From Gaiellaceae bacterium (lineage in GTDB: Bacteria > Actinomycetota > Thermoleophilia > Gaiellales > Gaiellaceae): a DNA stretch of 64,000 nt. A program made the translations under genes and the position numbers. Position 1 is the stretch's first letter, and each line of letters begins with the position of its first letter. The notes under the pieces are model-generated. The model had not been told where the DNA came from and made no database searches. It worked only from the letters and a program-made list of their open reading frames with translations. The DNA is taken from positions 16,250 through 80,249 of the forward strand of contig DATAEF010000007.1 in NCBI GenBank assembly GCA_036258155.1. Direction: 5' to 3'. Positions 34,794-46,105 of the stretch are shown piece by piece.

Positions 34794-35731
34794 GCCCCCG
34801 GCTCCTGCGGAACCTCGGCGACGTACTCGACGGCGTCCCGTGTCAGATCGATGAACGCGTCCTCGAGGGAAGCTCGCTCGCGGTAAAGCTCGTGCAGCTG
34901 CAGTCCGCGTTCTGCGACGAGGGCTGCGACGCGCTCGGAGTCGAGACCGCTGACGACGAGCGTGTCGGAGCCGGTCGACGTCACCGTTCCCCCCGCACCC
35001 GCGAGGACGGTCATGACCTCCGTCACCTGGGGCGTCCGCACGTGGACGCGCCCGTCGGACCGGGACGACAGCAGCTCGCTCACCGTCGCCTGCGTGATCA
35101 GACGCCCGCGGCCGATGACGACGAGCTCGTCCGCGATGCCCTCGAGCTCGCTCATGAGGTGGCTCGAGACGAGTACGGCGCGCCCCTCTGCGGCGAGTGA
35201 CCGCAGGAGGGCTCGGATCCAGCGGATCCCTTCGGGATCGAGGCCGTTGATCGGCTCGTCGAACAAGAGGACCGGAGGGTCGCCGAGCATCGCTGCCGCG
35301 ATTCCGAGCCGTTGGGCCATCCCCAACGAAAAGCCACCCGCGCGCCTGCGGCCGGCCTCTCCGAGGCCGACAAGCTCGAGCACCTCGCCGACCCGACGCG
35401 CCGGCAGGCGATTGCTCCTCGCGAGCCACAGAAGATGGCTGCGGGCTCGCCGGCCCGGATGTGTCGCTCCGGCATCGAGCAGCGCCCCCACCTCGCAGAG
35501 GGGCGCGCCCAGATCGCCGTACCGCCTCCCGCGCACCAGGACCTCGCCTGCATCGGGCGCATCGAGGCCGAGAACCAGGCGCATCGTCGTGGACTTCCCG
35601 GCCCCGTTCGGCCCCACGAAGCCCGTGACCCGTCCCGCCTCGACCCGGAACGAGAGGTCGTCGACCGCGACGGTGCGCCCGTATCTCTTGGTCAGACCCC
35701 GAACCTCGATGGCCGTGCTCATCGCGAACAC
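34790..35731 (-). CDS. ABC transporter ATP-binding protein
   Basis: Walker A GPNGAGKST, signature FSLGMAQRLGIA, Walker B VLLFDEP. Confidence 0.85.
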   Translation of the reverse strand: MFAMSTAIEVRGLTKRYGRTVAVDDLSFRVEAGRVTGFVGPNGAGKSTTMRLVLGLDAPDAGEVLVRGRRYGDLGAPLCEVGALLDAGATHPGRRARSHLLWLARSNRLPARRVGEVLELVGLGEAGRRRAGGFSLGMAQRLGIAAAMLGDPPVLLFDEPINGLDPEGIRWIRALLRSLAAEGRAVLVSSHLMSELEGIADELVVIGRGRLITQATVSELLSSRSDGRVHVRTPQVTEVMTVLAGAGGTVTSTGSDTLVVSGLDSERVAALVAERGLQLHELYRERASLEDAFIDLTRDAVEYVAEVPQEPGA

Positions 35732-35888
35732 GGTACGAGTGCTCGCCTGCGTTGTCGTCGCGCTCCGGAGCCGTCTTTCGCACCCTCCGGCATGGTGACG
35801 ACCGACACCGCCGTCACCCGCGCGGGGGACGAATCAACTCGTCGCTGCGGCCGACGCGGATTAGCCATACGGCGGCGACAATGGCGTC

Positions 35889-37070
35889 ATGAGCACGACC
35901 TCACGTGACCCGATCGACGACCTGGCCGGCCTCGTCACGAGGACGGCCAAGGACGCGCGGCGCGTCCTGGCAGGGCCAGATGGGCCCCTGGCGTTCGCGC
36001 TCGTGCTCGCGTTCGTGGCGATGGTCGAGGTCACGATCTACGCAGACCAGATCGAGACGGCGATGATCGCGAACCTCGTTGCGACGCTCCCGCTGGCGCT
36101 CGCCCGCAGGCACGTCGCTCTGGCGACGGGAGCAGTCGTGTTCGGAGTGGTCCTCGCGCTCGGAGACGGAAGCACGTTGACGATCGCCGCGCTCACGAGC
36201 CTCGTCGTTGCCCTCTACCTGTTCGCGCTGACCTACGGCCGGCGCTGGTCGGTCCTACCGGCGCTTCCGTTCCTCGCGAACGCCATCGACCCGTTCTCGG
36301 GCGCGGACGCCGGCTTCCCCGGCGTGCTGCTCCTGGTGGTGGTCGTCGCGGCGACAGCGCTCGGCGACTCGCGCCGCCAGCGCGGCGAGGCACTCGCCGA
36401 GCGCGACGAGACGCGGCAGGCGATAGTCGACACATTGCAGGACCAGGCCGCGATGGGCGAGCGGGCACGCATCGCCCGAGACCTGCACGACGTCGTCGCT
36501 CACCACGTCTCGGCGATCGCCGTGCAGGCCGAGAGCGCCCGCCTGACGATCGAGGGCCTGCCGGACGAGGGCCGCGCGCACTTCGAGGCGATCGGACAGA
36601 CAGCGCGCGACGCGCTGACGGAGATGCGCAGGCTGCTCGGCGTCCTCCGCGAGGATGCGAAGGCGGAGGCGGCGCGCGACCCGCAGCCGAGCCTCGCGCG
36701 TCTGAACGAGCTCGTGGAGACGGCCCGCGCCGCCGGGACGCCCGTGACACTCACGCTCCAGGGCACCGTGGCGACGCTGCCTCCCGGCGTCGACCTCTGC
36801 GCGTATCGCATCCTCCAGGAGGCCCTCACGAACGTGCGCCGTCATGCGCCCGGTGCTGCTGTCGAGGTCCAGCTCGAGTACGCCCCCGATTCGGTACGCC
36901 TTCGCGTTCGCGATCACGAGCCTGGCGCGAACTCACCGGATCTGGACGGGCACGGCCTCCTGGGAATGCGCGAGCGCGCAATCATGGTCGGTGGCACGTT
37001 GAGCGCCGGCCCGGCGGACGGTGGAGGATTCGCCGTCGAGGCCGAGCTTCCGGTCAAGGGAGCTGCATGA
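35889..37070 (+). CDS. sensor histidine kinase (HisKA_3 / NarX-DesK type)
   Basis: N-terminal TM segments. H-box ERARIARDLHDVVAHHVSAIAVQAE. C-terminal HATPase LQEALTNVRRHA...GHGLLGMRERA. Confidence 0.85.
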   Translation: MSTTSRDPIDDLAGLVTRTAKDARRVLAGPDGPLAFALVLAFVAMVEVTIYADQIETAMIANLVATLPLALARRHVALATGAVVFGVVLALGDGSTLTIAALTSLVVALYLFALTYGRRWSVLPALPFLANAIDPFSGADAGFPGVLLLVVVVAATALGDSRRQRGEALAERDETRQAIVDTLQDQAAMGERARIARDLHDVVAHHVSAIAVQAESARLTIEGLPDEGRAHFEAIGQTARDALTEMRRLLGVLREDAKAEAARDPQPSLARLNELVETARAAGTPVTLTLQGTVATLPPGVDLCAYRILQEALTNVRRHAPGAAVEVQLEYAPDSVRLRVRDHEPGANSPDLDGHGLLGMRERAIMVGGTLSAGPADGGGFAVEAELPVKGAA

Positions 37071-37744
37071 CGATTCGGGTCGTCGTCGTGGACGACCAGG
37101 AGATCGTCCGCGCCGGGTTCGCGGCACTCCTCGGCACGCAGGCGGACTTTCGCGTCGTGGGCACTGCGGCCGAAGGCGCAGAGGCCGTCGAGCTCTGTCG
37201 GACGGAGCGTCCACATGTCGTCCTGATGGACGTGCGCATGCCGGTCATGGACGGGATCGAGGCGACCCGCCAGGTGACTTCCAATGGGAAGCGGGCGCCA
37301 CGCGTGATCATGCTCACGACGTTCGACCTCGACGAGTACGTCTACGACGCGCTCGGCGCGGGGGCGAGCGGGTTCCTCCTCAAGGACGTGACCGCCGAGG
37401 CGCTCTTCGAGGCCGTGCGGGTCGTGGCGGCCGGCCAGGCGCTCCTCGCGCCAGCCGTGACGCGCCGCCTCGTGAGCGAGTTCGCGCGGCTACGGCCGAC
37501 CCTGCCCACCCGGCCGGACGCCCTGTCCGAGCTCACGCCTCGCGAAACCGAAGTCCTGCGCCTCGTCGCCGAGGGCCTGTCGAACGGCGAGATCGCCGAA
37601 CGGCTCGTGGTGAGCGACGAGACGGTCAAAACGCATGTAAGCCGCGTCCTGGCGAAGCTCGCCGTACGCGACCGCACGCAGGCGGTCGTCGTCGCGTACG
37701 AGTCCGGCCTCGTCACGCCGCGCACCCGAGACGACGCGCAGTAG
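37067..37744 (+). CDS. LuxR/NarL-family response regulator
   Basis: MTIRVVVVDDQEIVRAG...VVLMDVRMPVMDG. HTH: LTPRETEVLRLVAEGLSNGEIAERLVVSDETVKTHV. There is a 4-nt overlap with the kinase gene. Confidence 0.9.
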   Translation: MTIRVVVVDDQEIVRAGFAALLGTQADFRVVGTAAEGAEAVELCRTERPHVVLMDVRMPVMDGIEATRQVTSNGKRAPRVIMLTTFDLDEYVYDALGAGASGFLLKDVTAEALFEAVRVVAAGQALLAPAVTRRLVSEFARLRPTLPTRPDALSELTPRETEVLRLVAEGLSNGEIAERLVVSDETVKTHVSRVLAKLAVRDRTQAVVVAYESGLVTPRTRDDAQ

Positions 37745-37758
37745 CGCGCGCAACCCTC

Positions 37759-38925
37759 TCAGAGCTCGATCGGGCGGCCCGGTAGGCGCTTCCCCGGCGA
37801 CTTGCCGCCGAGCCATGCGTTCACCGTCGCGCCGACGTCGGCGAACTCGCCCTCCTCGTGAATCCGCCCTGCGGCGTTTCGCCCCGCGGCGTAGGCAAGC
37901 AGCAGGGCGTACTCGCGCGAGTGATCCGTCGACGGCGTGGTCGGGTCGCAGCCGTGATCCGACGTCAGGATCAGGAGATCGCCGGGATACAGCGCCTCGA
38001 GGATATCGGGGAGGCGCCGGTCGAAGTCCTGCAAGCAGCGATGGAAGTTCTCGGGGTCGTTTCGGTGTCCCCAGAGCATGTCCGTCTCCACGAGGTTCAC
38101 GAAGACGAGCCCCCCGTCGATCGCCTCGAGAAGCTCGATCGTGCGGTTGATCCCATCCACGTTCGACTTCGTCGGGAACGACTCGTCGATGTCGAGCCCG
38201 GCGAAGATGTCCGAGATCTTGCCCACGCCGTAGACGGTGTTCCCGGCCTCCCGAACGATCGAGAGGTAGTTCGGACGGGCGGGCTCGAGCGAGAAGTCGT
38301 GACGATTCGGCGTGCGCTCGTAGTTGCCGGGCTCGCCCACGAACGGGCGAGCGATCACCCGCCCAACGGCGTGGCGGCCGGTGAGGATCTCCCGCGCGAC
38401 GCGACAGCCGTCGAAGAGCTCCTCGAGCGGGATCGTGCCCTCGTGCGCTGCGATCTGGAAGACGGAGTCGGCCGAGGTGTAGACGATCCACTTGCCGGTC
38501 TTCTGGTGCTCCTCGCCGAGCTCCTGGATGATCTCCGTGCCCGAAGCGGGCTTGTTGCCGAGCACGCCCCGCCCGGTCTGATTCATGAACGGATCGATCA
38601 CGTCGTCCGGGAAGCCGTGCGGGTAGGTCGGGAAGGCGGTCGGCGTGACGATGCCCATGTGCTCCCAGTGGCCCGTCGTCGTGTCCTTGCCCTTCGAGCG
38701 CTCGAGCAGGCGGCCGGCGACGGCCGGAGCGCCGGGCTGCGGAGGGCAGCCCTCGAGCGGGATGATGTTGCCGAGGCCGAGTGCCTCGAGATTGGGCAGG
38801 TCGAGGCCACCGACGGCCTGCGCGACGTTGCCCAGCGTGTTGGAGCCTTCGTCACCGTATTCACCTGCGTCCGGCAGCTCTCCGGCGCCGACGGCGTCGA
38901 GGACGATCACGCATGCGCGCGGCAC
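37759..38925 (-). CDS. deoB: phosphopentomutase
   Basis: MPRACVIVLDAVGAGELPDAGEYGDEGSNTLGNVAQAVGGLDLPNLEALGLGNI...GKDTTTGHWE...LILTSDHGCDPT. Confidence 0.9.
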   Translation of the reverse strand: MPRACVIVLDAVGAGELPDAGEYGDEGSNTLGNVAQAVGGLDLPNLEALGLGNIIPLEGCPPQPGAPAVAGRLLERSKGKDTTTGHWEHMGIVTPTAFPTYPHGFPDDVIDPFMNQTGRGVLGNKPASGTEIIQELGEEHQKTGKWIVYTSADSVFQIAAHEGTIPLEELFDGCRVAREILTGRHAVGRVIARPFVGEPGNYERTPNRHDFSLEPARPNYLSIVREAGNTVYGVGKISDIFAGLDIDESFPTKSNVDGINRTIELLEAIDGGLVFVNLVETDMLWGHRNDPENFHRCLQDFDRRLPDILEALYPGDLLILTSDHGCDPTTPSTDHSREYALLLAYAAGRNAAGRIHEEGEFADVGATVNAWLGGKSPGKRLPGRPIEL

Positions 38926-38989
38926 TACTGGGCCGCCATCTGCGCGTGCGTGCGTCCTCGGTCAGGCACGTCGCTATTCTACGGCGGCT

Positions 38990-39199
38990 TTGAACGACGC
39001 CCTCGGCATCCTCCTGCTCACCGTCTACATCGTCGGGATCCTTGCTATCTCGGCTTTTGTGACCTTCGCGGTCGTCAGGATCTTCCCCACCGAGCGGAAT
39101 CCGAAGAAGCCGGACAAGCCGGAGCCGCCTGCGTCGGGGAACGGTGGCGAGGGCGCCGCCGGGCGCCTGTTCCGCAGGGCGAAGCGCGGACTGGCCTAG
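38990..39199 (+). CDS. small membrane protein (69 aa), hypothetical
   Basis: TTG start: MNDALGILLLTVYIVGILAISAFVTFAVVRIFPTERNPKKPDKPEPP... One TM segment with a basic tail. Only the last part of track ORF 38645..39199 looks coding. Confidence 0.4.
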   Translation: MNDALGILLLTVYIVGILAISAFVTFAVVRIFPTERNPKKPDKPEPPASGNGGEGAAGRLFRRAKRGLA

Positions 39200-39249
39200 T
39201 AGTAGCCGGCGCTACGGCGCCCGCTTCGCCGCCAATGCGACGGTAGCGG

Positions 39250-40374
39250 CTACGCGACGCCGGCTGCGAGCGCGTCGTCCAGTGGCGTGTACTCCATCCC
39301 ATGCGCCTCCGCGACGGCTTCGTACGTGAGCTTTCCGCCGATCGTGTTCACGCCGCGGGCGAGCTCAGGATTGGCCGTGATCGCCCCGATCGGGCCCAGC
39401 TCGGCCAACTGCTCCACATAGGCCAGGGTGACGTTCGTCAGCGCGCGGGTCGACGTGATCGGCACGGCGCCGGGCATATTTGCGACGCAGTAGTGGATCA
39501 CGCCTTCCACCGTGTAGACGGGGTCGTCGTGCGTCGTTGGCTTCGACGTCTCGGCGCATCCTCCCTGGTCGATCGCAACGTCGACGAACACCGAGCTCTC
39601 CTTCATCGTGCGAAGGAGATCCAGCGTGATCAGCTTGGGAGCGAGCGCACCCGGAATGAGCACAGCGCCGATCGTGAGGTCGGCATCCCTGATCGACTCC
39701 TCGAGCTGGAGACTCGAGGACATGAGGAGCTGGACGCGCCCGCTCAGGATCTGCTCGAGCAAGCGCATGCGCTCGATCGAGCGCTCGAGAATCGTGACCT
39801 GCGCGCCCATCCCGAGCGCGATCACGGCCGCGTTGTAGCCGACCATGCCCCCGCCGATGACGAGCACCCGACCCGGTGCGACACCTGCGACGCCTCCCAG
39901 GAGGATCCCGCGGCCGCCCTTCGGCTTCTCGAGGTGATCCGCGCCCGCCTGCGGCGCGAGTCGCCCCGCGATCTCGCTCATCGGCGCCAGCAACGGCAGG
40001 GCGCCGCGGTCGGTCTCCACGGTCTCGTATGCGATCGCGGTGATGCCCGAGTCGAGGAGCGCGCACGTCAGCGGCTCGTCGGCGGCGATGTGCAGGTACG
40101 TGAAGAGCGTCAGACCCTCGCGAAGTCGCGCGTACTCCTCGGCGATCGGCTCCTTGACCTTGAGCAGGAGATCCGCGCTCCCCCACACGTCGTCGACCCC
40201 TGCGATCGTCGCCCCCGCACGTTCGTAGGCCTCGTCCGAGAAGGCGCTCCCCACCCCCGCGCCCGCCTCGATGACGACCTCGTGGCCACCCTGCACGAGC
40301 TCGCGCGCGCCGGCAGGCGTCAGCGCGACCCGGTACTCCTGCGACTTGATCTCCTTGGCGACTCCGATCCGCAT
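39250..40374 (-). CDS. ald: alanine dehydrogenase
   Basis: MRIGVAKEIKSQEYRVALTPAGARELVQGGHEVVIEAGAG...VLVIGGGMVGYNAA (NAD fold)...VDVAIDQGGC. Confidence 0.92.
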   Translation of the reverse strand: MRIGVAKEIKSQEYRVALTPAGARELVQGGHEVVIEAGAGVGSAFSDEAYERAGATIAGVDDVWGSADLLLKVKEPIAEEYARLREGLTLFTYLHIAADEPLTCALLDSGITAIAYETVETDRGALPLLAPMSEIAGRLAPQAGADHLEKPKGGRGILLGGVAGVAPGRVLVIGGGMVGYNAAVIALGMGAQVTILERSIERMRLLEQILSGRVQLLMSSSLQLEESIRDADLTIGAVLIPGALAPKLITLDLLRTMKESSVFVDVAIDQGGCAETSKPTTHDDPVYTVEGVIHYCVANMPGAVPITSTRALTNVTLAYVEQLAELGPIGAITANPELARGVNTIGGKLTYEAVAEAHGMEYTPLDDALAAGVA

Positions 40375-40440
40375 TGGGGCCGCAATCTAGCGGGTTTCCA
40401 GGGGTGTTATGAATTCCACCTATCCCGAAAAGGAGGAGCC

Positions 40441-40734
40441 GTGTACACGTCAGGCGTGTGGATCGTGAAGAAAGGCCGGGAGGACGATTTCGCCCGCCGC
40501 TGGCAGGAGAGCTCCGACAGCGTGTCCCTGGATTTTCCCGATGTGACGTTCCGGTTGATGCGCGACCGGGAGAACCCGCAGCGGTTCGTGAGCCTCGGGG
40601 ACGGCTGGCGAAATGTCGAACAGGTCGAGGCGGCCCGCAGCTCGCCCGCCTTTCAGGACGCGATGACGTCGATCTGGCGGCTGCTCGAGTCGGGCGAGAT
40701 CTCGACGCTCGACCTCGTGGCGGAGATCAGCTGA
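40441..40734 (+). CDS. ABM (antibiotic-biosynthesis-monooxygenase-like) ferredoxin-fold protein
   Basis: AAGGAGGAG lies upstream of GTG 40441. VYTSGVWIVKKGREDDFARRWQES...ENPQRFVSLGDGWRNVEQVEAARSSPAFQDAM. Confidence 0.55.
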   Translation: MYTSGVWIVKKGREDDFARRWQESSDSVSLDFPDVTFRLMRDRENPQRFVSLGDGWRNVEQVEAARSSPAFQDAMTSIWRLLESGEISTLDLVAEIS

Positions 40735-40735
40735 C

Positions 40736-41158
40736 GTGGAGCAGCGCCTGAGCGTCGTCACACTCGGCGTCGGCGACCTCGGCAGGTCGAGAGCGTTCTA
40801 CGAATCGCTCGGTTGGACGACCGGCGCTTCGCCGGGCGACGATGTCGTCTTCTTCCAGGCGGGTGGGCTGGTGCTCGCGCTCTGGAGTCGCGACCGCCTC
40901 GCCGAGGACAGCGCAGTGGACGACAGCGAGGGCTGGGGCGGCGTGACGCTCGCGCACAACGTTCGCTCGCCGGCGGAGGTCGACACCGTGCTCGAGGACG
41001 CGGCCGCCGCGGGAGCGACGATCGGCCGCCCAGGCGCGGCGACGTTTTGGGGTGGGTACTCGGGCGTCTTCATCGACCCGGACGGGCATCCGTGGGAGGT
41101 CGCGCACAATCCTCACTGGACGCTCACCGACGACGGCTCGGTCGTCCTTTCGCCCTGA
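40736..41158 (+). CDS. VOC-family (glyoxalase/bleomycin-resistance fold) protein
   Basis: MEQRLSVVTLGVGDLGRSRAFYESLGW...GYSGVFIDPDGHPWEVAHNP. Confidence 0.8.
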   Translation: MEQRLSVVTLGVGDLGRSRAFYESLGWTTGASPGDDVVFFQAGGLVLALWSRDRLAEDSAVDDSEGWGGVTLAHNVRSPAEVDTVLEDAAAAGATIGRPGAATFWGGYSGVFIDPDGHPWEVAHNPHWTLTDDGSVVLSP

Positions 41159-41228
41159 CCCTGCGTCCTCGTTGGCGCACTGGTCGAAAACGGATCCCGC
41201 GCGATCTCGTTGGTGCCTTCGCTAGCCG

Positions 41229-42383
41229 CTACGCATTGCGGGCGACGTCGACGAGTGCGAGCGTGACCTCGACCATGGACTCGAGATCGGCGACGGCGAT
41301 GTGTTCGTCGGGCGTATGGATCTCCGTCATCCCGTTCGCGAGATTGACGCAGTCGAGCCCCCGCGCGTTGAAGACGTTCGCGTCAGCTCCTCCTCCGCTG
41401 AGCGCGTAGGACGGCTCGAAGCCGGCACGCTCGAGCGCGGTCGCGGCCAGCCGCACCGCCGCGTCGCTCTCGCGGAAGCGGTAACCGGGGAAGCTCGGGC
41501 GCACTTCGCTCTCCACCTCGCACTCGGCAAGGCTCGCGGCGAACGCGGCCGACTCGAGCATCTCGCGCACGAGCTCGATTGCTTTTCGCTCGTCGTGGGA
41601 TCGCACCTCTGCCGTGAACGAGCACCACTCGGGGACGACGTTCCGCGCCGTCCCACCGGTGATGTCGCCGACGTTCGCGCTCGTCTCGTCGTCCACGCGA
41701 CCGAGGCGGAAGTCGGCGATCGCCCGCGAGGCGGCCGCGATCGCCGAGCGGCCATCCTCGGGATTCATCCCGGCGTGCGCCGCTCGACCGTGGAAGCGGA
41801 AGTCGAGCAACCGCCCATGCGGCGAGCCGAGCACGATCTCGCCGATCGGAGCGCCCTGGTCGTAGACGAAGCCCGTCCTCGCCACGAGGCGCGTGTGATC
41901 GAACGCGCCGGCCCCGCGCAGCGAGACCTCCTCCTGCGGCGTGAATACGAGCTCGATCCCGGCATGCGGCCGGCCGTCGCGGAGAAGCCGTCGGGTCGCC
42001 TCGAGCATGACGACGACCGCAGCCTTGTTGTCCGAGCCGAGGATCGTTGCCGCCGCGTTGCGGACGACGCCGTCCTCGACGACCGGCTCGATCGCCGCCT
42101 CGGGCGGGACGGTGTCCGTGTGCGCACAGAGGAAGATCGGCGTCCCGCCTGCGCCGTTCGTCGCGGGCACGCGGCAGAGGATGTTTCCGGTATCGCCGTC
42201 GAGCACCGCCGCTGCGTCGTCCTCGTCCCACTCGAGCCCGAGACCGGTGAGGTAACCACCGATCCGGTCCGCGACCGTCCGCTCCTTCCCCGACGGGCTC
42301 GGCATCGCGCACAGCTCGAGGAAGAGATCGAGGAGCGGCGAGCTCAGCTGCGGCTGGACGGCGTCCACGTCGCCAAGGTACAA
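41229..42383 (-). CDS. M20-family metallopeptidase (tripeptidase/PepT-like)
   Basis: LFLELCAMPSPSGKERTVADRIGGYL...IFLCAHTDTVP...GSDNKAAV...PQEEVSLRGAG...HAGMNPEDGRSA. Confidence 0.8.
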   Translation of the reverse strand: MYLGDVDAVQPQLSSPLLDLFLELCAMPSPSGKERTVADRIGGYLTGLGLEWDEDDAAAVLDGDTGNILCRVPATNGAGGTPIFLCAHTDTVPPEAAIEPVVEDGVVRNAAATILGSDNKAAVVVMLEATRRLLRDGRPHAGIELVFTPQEEVSLRGAGAFDHTRLVARTGFVYDQGAPIGEIVLGSPHGRLLDFRFHGRAAHAGMNPEDGRSAIAAASRAIADFRLGRVDDETSANVGDITGGTARNVVPEWCSFTAEVRSHDERKAIELVREMLESAAFAASLAECEVESEVRPSFPGYRFRESDAAVRLAATALERAGFEPSYALSGGGADANVFNARGLDCVNLANGMTEIHTPDEHIAVADLESMVEVTLALVDVARNA

Positions 42384-42440
42384 GGTGTCACCGCTCCGGG
42401 GAGCCGACGCACACGAGCATCGTGGCCGCGTGACAAGTTG

Positions 42441-43970
42441 TCACTTCGCGTTCGCAAGCTCCACGACGACACCTTCCGCCGGGTCGAGCCGGATGCGCCC
42501 GTCGACGATCTCGCCCTCCCGTCCCCTCCGCGTTCCGAGCGCGACGACGCCATCGACGCCGTCGATCACGACCTGCTGTCGGCCGAGGTTCACGGCGACG
42601 ATCGTCCGCTCACCCCGGCGCCAGGCCCACGCGCCGTTCGGAGCGGGCAACTCGTCGTACGCCCCGACCCGTAGGTCTGCGATTCTCTTGCGGAGCGCGA
42701 TCAGATCGCGCGTGAAGTGGAGAGTCGAGGAGGGGTCCGCGCGTTGATCGGCGACGTTGCGAGCCGTGTCCTCGAGGGGTAACCAGGGATCCTTCCAGCC
42801 TCCGTCGCGAGTCCACGGCATCGGCGTGCGGCAGGGGTCGCGCGAAGGCTCGGCGACGTCTCGAACGCGCTCCGGCGGGACCCACCCGTCGGTGAGCGCG
42901 AGCTCGTCGCCGTAGTAGAGGAACGGTGTCCCGCGCAGTGTTACGAGCATGAGCAAGGCGCAACGCGCCAGCGCCTCGTCTCCTCCGCACCAGCGGGTAG
43001 CGAGACGACCCGCATCGTGGTTCGAGCCGGTCCAGCAGGGCCAGGCCGTGACCGGAAGCGCCGCTTCGGCCCCGGCGACGATCGTTCGCATCTGCGCCGC
43101 CTCGAGATCCGCGTGGACGAGCCGAAAGTTGAACGCAAGGTCCAGCTCGTCGCGTCCGGAGCCGTAGAACGCCGCCCAGGCCGCCAGATCCAGCACGTAC
43201 GTCTCACCCACGAGGAGACGCGGCGGCGCGTACGAGTCCGCGATGCGTCGCCATTCACGGTAGACGTCGTGTGTCTCGGGGCGGTTCATCGAGTAGACGT
43301 GCTCGCCGGGGACAGGCTCGTCGCGCAGGTCGCGGTCCTTCACCAGGCCGTGCGCGACATCGATTCGGAAGCCGGCGATGCCGCGGTCGAACCAGAATCG
43401 CAGGATGCGCTCGAACTCCGATCGCACCTCCGGGTTCCACCAGTCGAGGTCGGGCTGCTCGGATGCGAAGTTGTGGAGGTAGTATCGGCCTCGTTCTTCG
43501 TCAAACGTCCATGCCGAGCCTCCGCCGAAGAGCGCTTGCCAGTTGTTCGGTACGTCGTCTGCCCACACGTAGTAATCCGGCCGCTCGTGAAACCAGGCGT
43601 GCCGGTCGGACGTGTGATTGGGGACGAGATCGAGCAGCACGCGGATCCCGCGCCGCCCCGCCTCGGCGACGAGCACATCGACGTCCTCAAGTGTGCCCAG
43701 GTCGGGATGGACACCGGTGTAGTCCGCCACGTCGTACCCCCAGTCGACGTTCGGGGACGGATGTATCGGGTTGAGCCAGATCGCGTCGACGCCGAGCCAG
43801 TCGAGGTACTCGAGGTTGTCCGCGATCCCCCGGAGATCGCCGATGCCGTCGCCGTTCGAGTCGGCGAACGAGCGCGGGTAGATCTGGTAGAGGACGCCTC
43901 CGCGCCACCACGAGTCCCGCGAAGACGTTGCACTTTCCCGATCCGGACGTGTAAGCATTAGAGGCTGCAT
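42441..43970 (-). CDS. GH13 alpha-glucosidase (oligo-1,6-glucosidase / trehalose-6-phosphate hydrolase-like)
   Basis: [49 protein letters not shown]...[17 protein letters not shown]...[10 protein letters not shown]. The long N-terminal extension of track ORF 42441..45302 was discarded (it is antisense to the ATPase gene). Confidence 0.85.
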   Translation of the reverse strand: MQPLMLTRPDRESATSSRDSWWRGGVLYQIYPRSFADSNGDGIGDLRGIADNLEYLDWLGVDAIWLNPIHPSPNVDWGYDVADYTGVHPDLGTLEDVDVLVAEAGRRGIRVLLDLVPNHTSDRHAWFHERPDYYVWADDVPNNWQALFGGGSAWTFDEERGRYYLHNFASEQPDLDWWNPEVRSEFERILRFWFDRGIAGFRIDVAHGLVKDRDLRDEPVPGEHVYSMNRPETHDVYREWRRIADSYAPPRLLVGETYVLDLAAWAAFYGSGRDELDLAFNFRLVHADLEAAQMRTIVAGAEAALPVTAWPCWTGSNHDAGRLATRWCGGDEALARCALLMLVTLRGTPFLYYGDELALTDGWVPPERVRDVAEPSRDPCRTPMPWTRDGGWKDPWLPLEDTARNVADQRADPSSTLHFTRDLIALRKRIADLRVGAYDELPAPNGAWAWRRGERTIVAVNLGRQQVVIDGVDGVVALGTRRGREGEIVDGRIRLDPAEGVVVELANAK

Positions 43971-44000
43971 TCTCCCGCGAGACGACGGAGGGAGCGACCG

Positions 44001-45187
<1,187 letters not shown>

Positions 45188-45191
<4 letters not shown>

Positions 45192-46105
45192 CCCTTGACG
45201 GCGCCGGCCGTCAGCCCCGCAAGTATCCGGCGCTGCAACACCAGCGTGAGCACGACGAGCGGCACGGTGACGATCACGGTGGCTGCCATGATCTGTCCCC
45301 ACGGCTTGTCGAAGGCGCTCCCCGTCTCGCCGGTGAAGGTCGTTATTGCCACGGGCACGGTGTACTTGTCGGGCGTCTGCGTGAACGAGAGCGCGAACAG
45401 GAACTCGTTCCAGGCGGCGATGAAGGCGAGGAGCCCTGCGGTGACGAGCCCCGGGGCGACGAGCGGCAGCATCACTCGGTAGAAGGTCTGCAGGGGCGAG
45501 GCGCCGTCGACGTACGCGGCCTCCTCGAGATCCTTGGGCAGCGCCTGCATGAAGCTCGTCAGAATCCAGACCGTGAGCGGGAGCACGAGGACCATGTAGC
45601 TGAGGATGAGCGCCCGGAGGCTGTCGTAGAGCTCGAACCGGTTGATCATCGTGTAGAGCGCGCCGAGGATCGCGATCTGCGGGAAGATCGTCATCGACAG
45701 CATCAGGTAAAGCGTTGCCGACCGCCCGCGGAAGCGGAAGCGGCCGATCGCGTAGCCGGCCAGCGAGCCCACGGCCACGGCGATGAGCGTCACTGCGCCC
45801 GCCACGATCGTCGAGTTCAGGAGTGCGCGCTGGAAGTTGCCGCTCTCGAAGACGGACCGGAAGTTGTCGAGCGTGGCGTTTTGCGGGACGTACTGGACCG
45901 GAGTCCGGAACAGCTCCCCCTCCGGCGTGAATGCGGAGCGGACCGCCCAGTAGAACGGGAACACGGCGTAGACGAAAATCACCGCGATCAGGATGTAGAA
46001 CGGGATGCGCCGCAGCGCGAACCGCCGGCGCGGCCTGTAGGCGACGCGCTCGCGCCGGCGCGCGGCCGCCTCGGTCCGGGTGGTGCGCTCGGCGACGACG
46101 CTCAC
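45188..46105 (-). CDS. carbohydrate ABC transporter permease (MalG-like)
   Basis: From GTG 46105 (GTGA overlap). EAA loop region: [27 protein letters not shown]. Confidence 0.85.

Noticed and set aside
43971-44000. msiK RNA motif upstream of the MsiK-like sugar ABC ATPase gene.
   Set aside because: Only 30 bp separate the ATPase start from the divergent GH13 start, which is too short for the roughly 60-nt motif.
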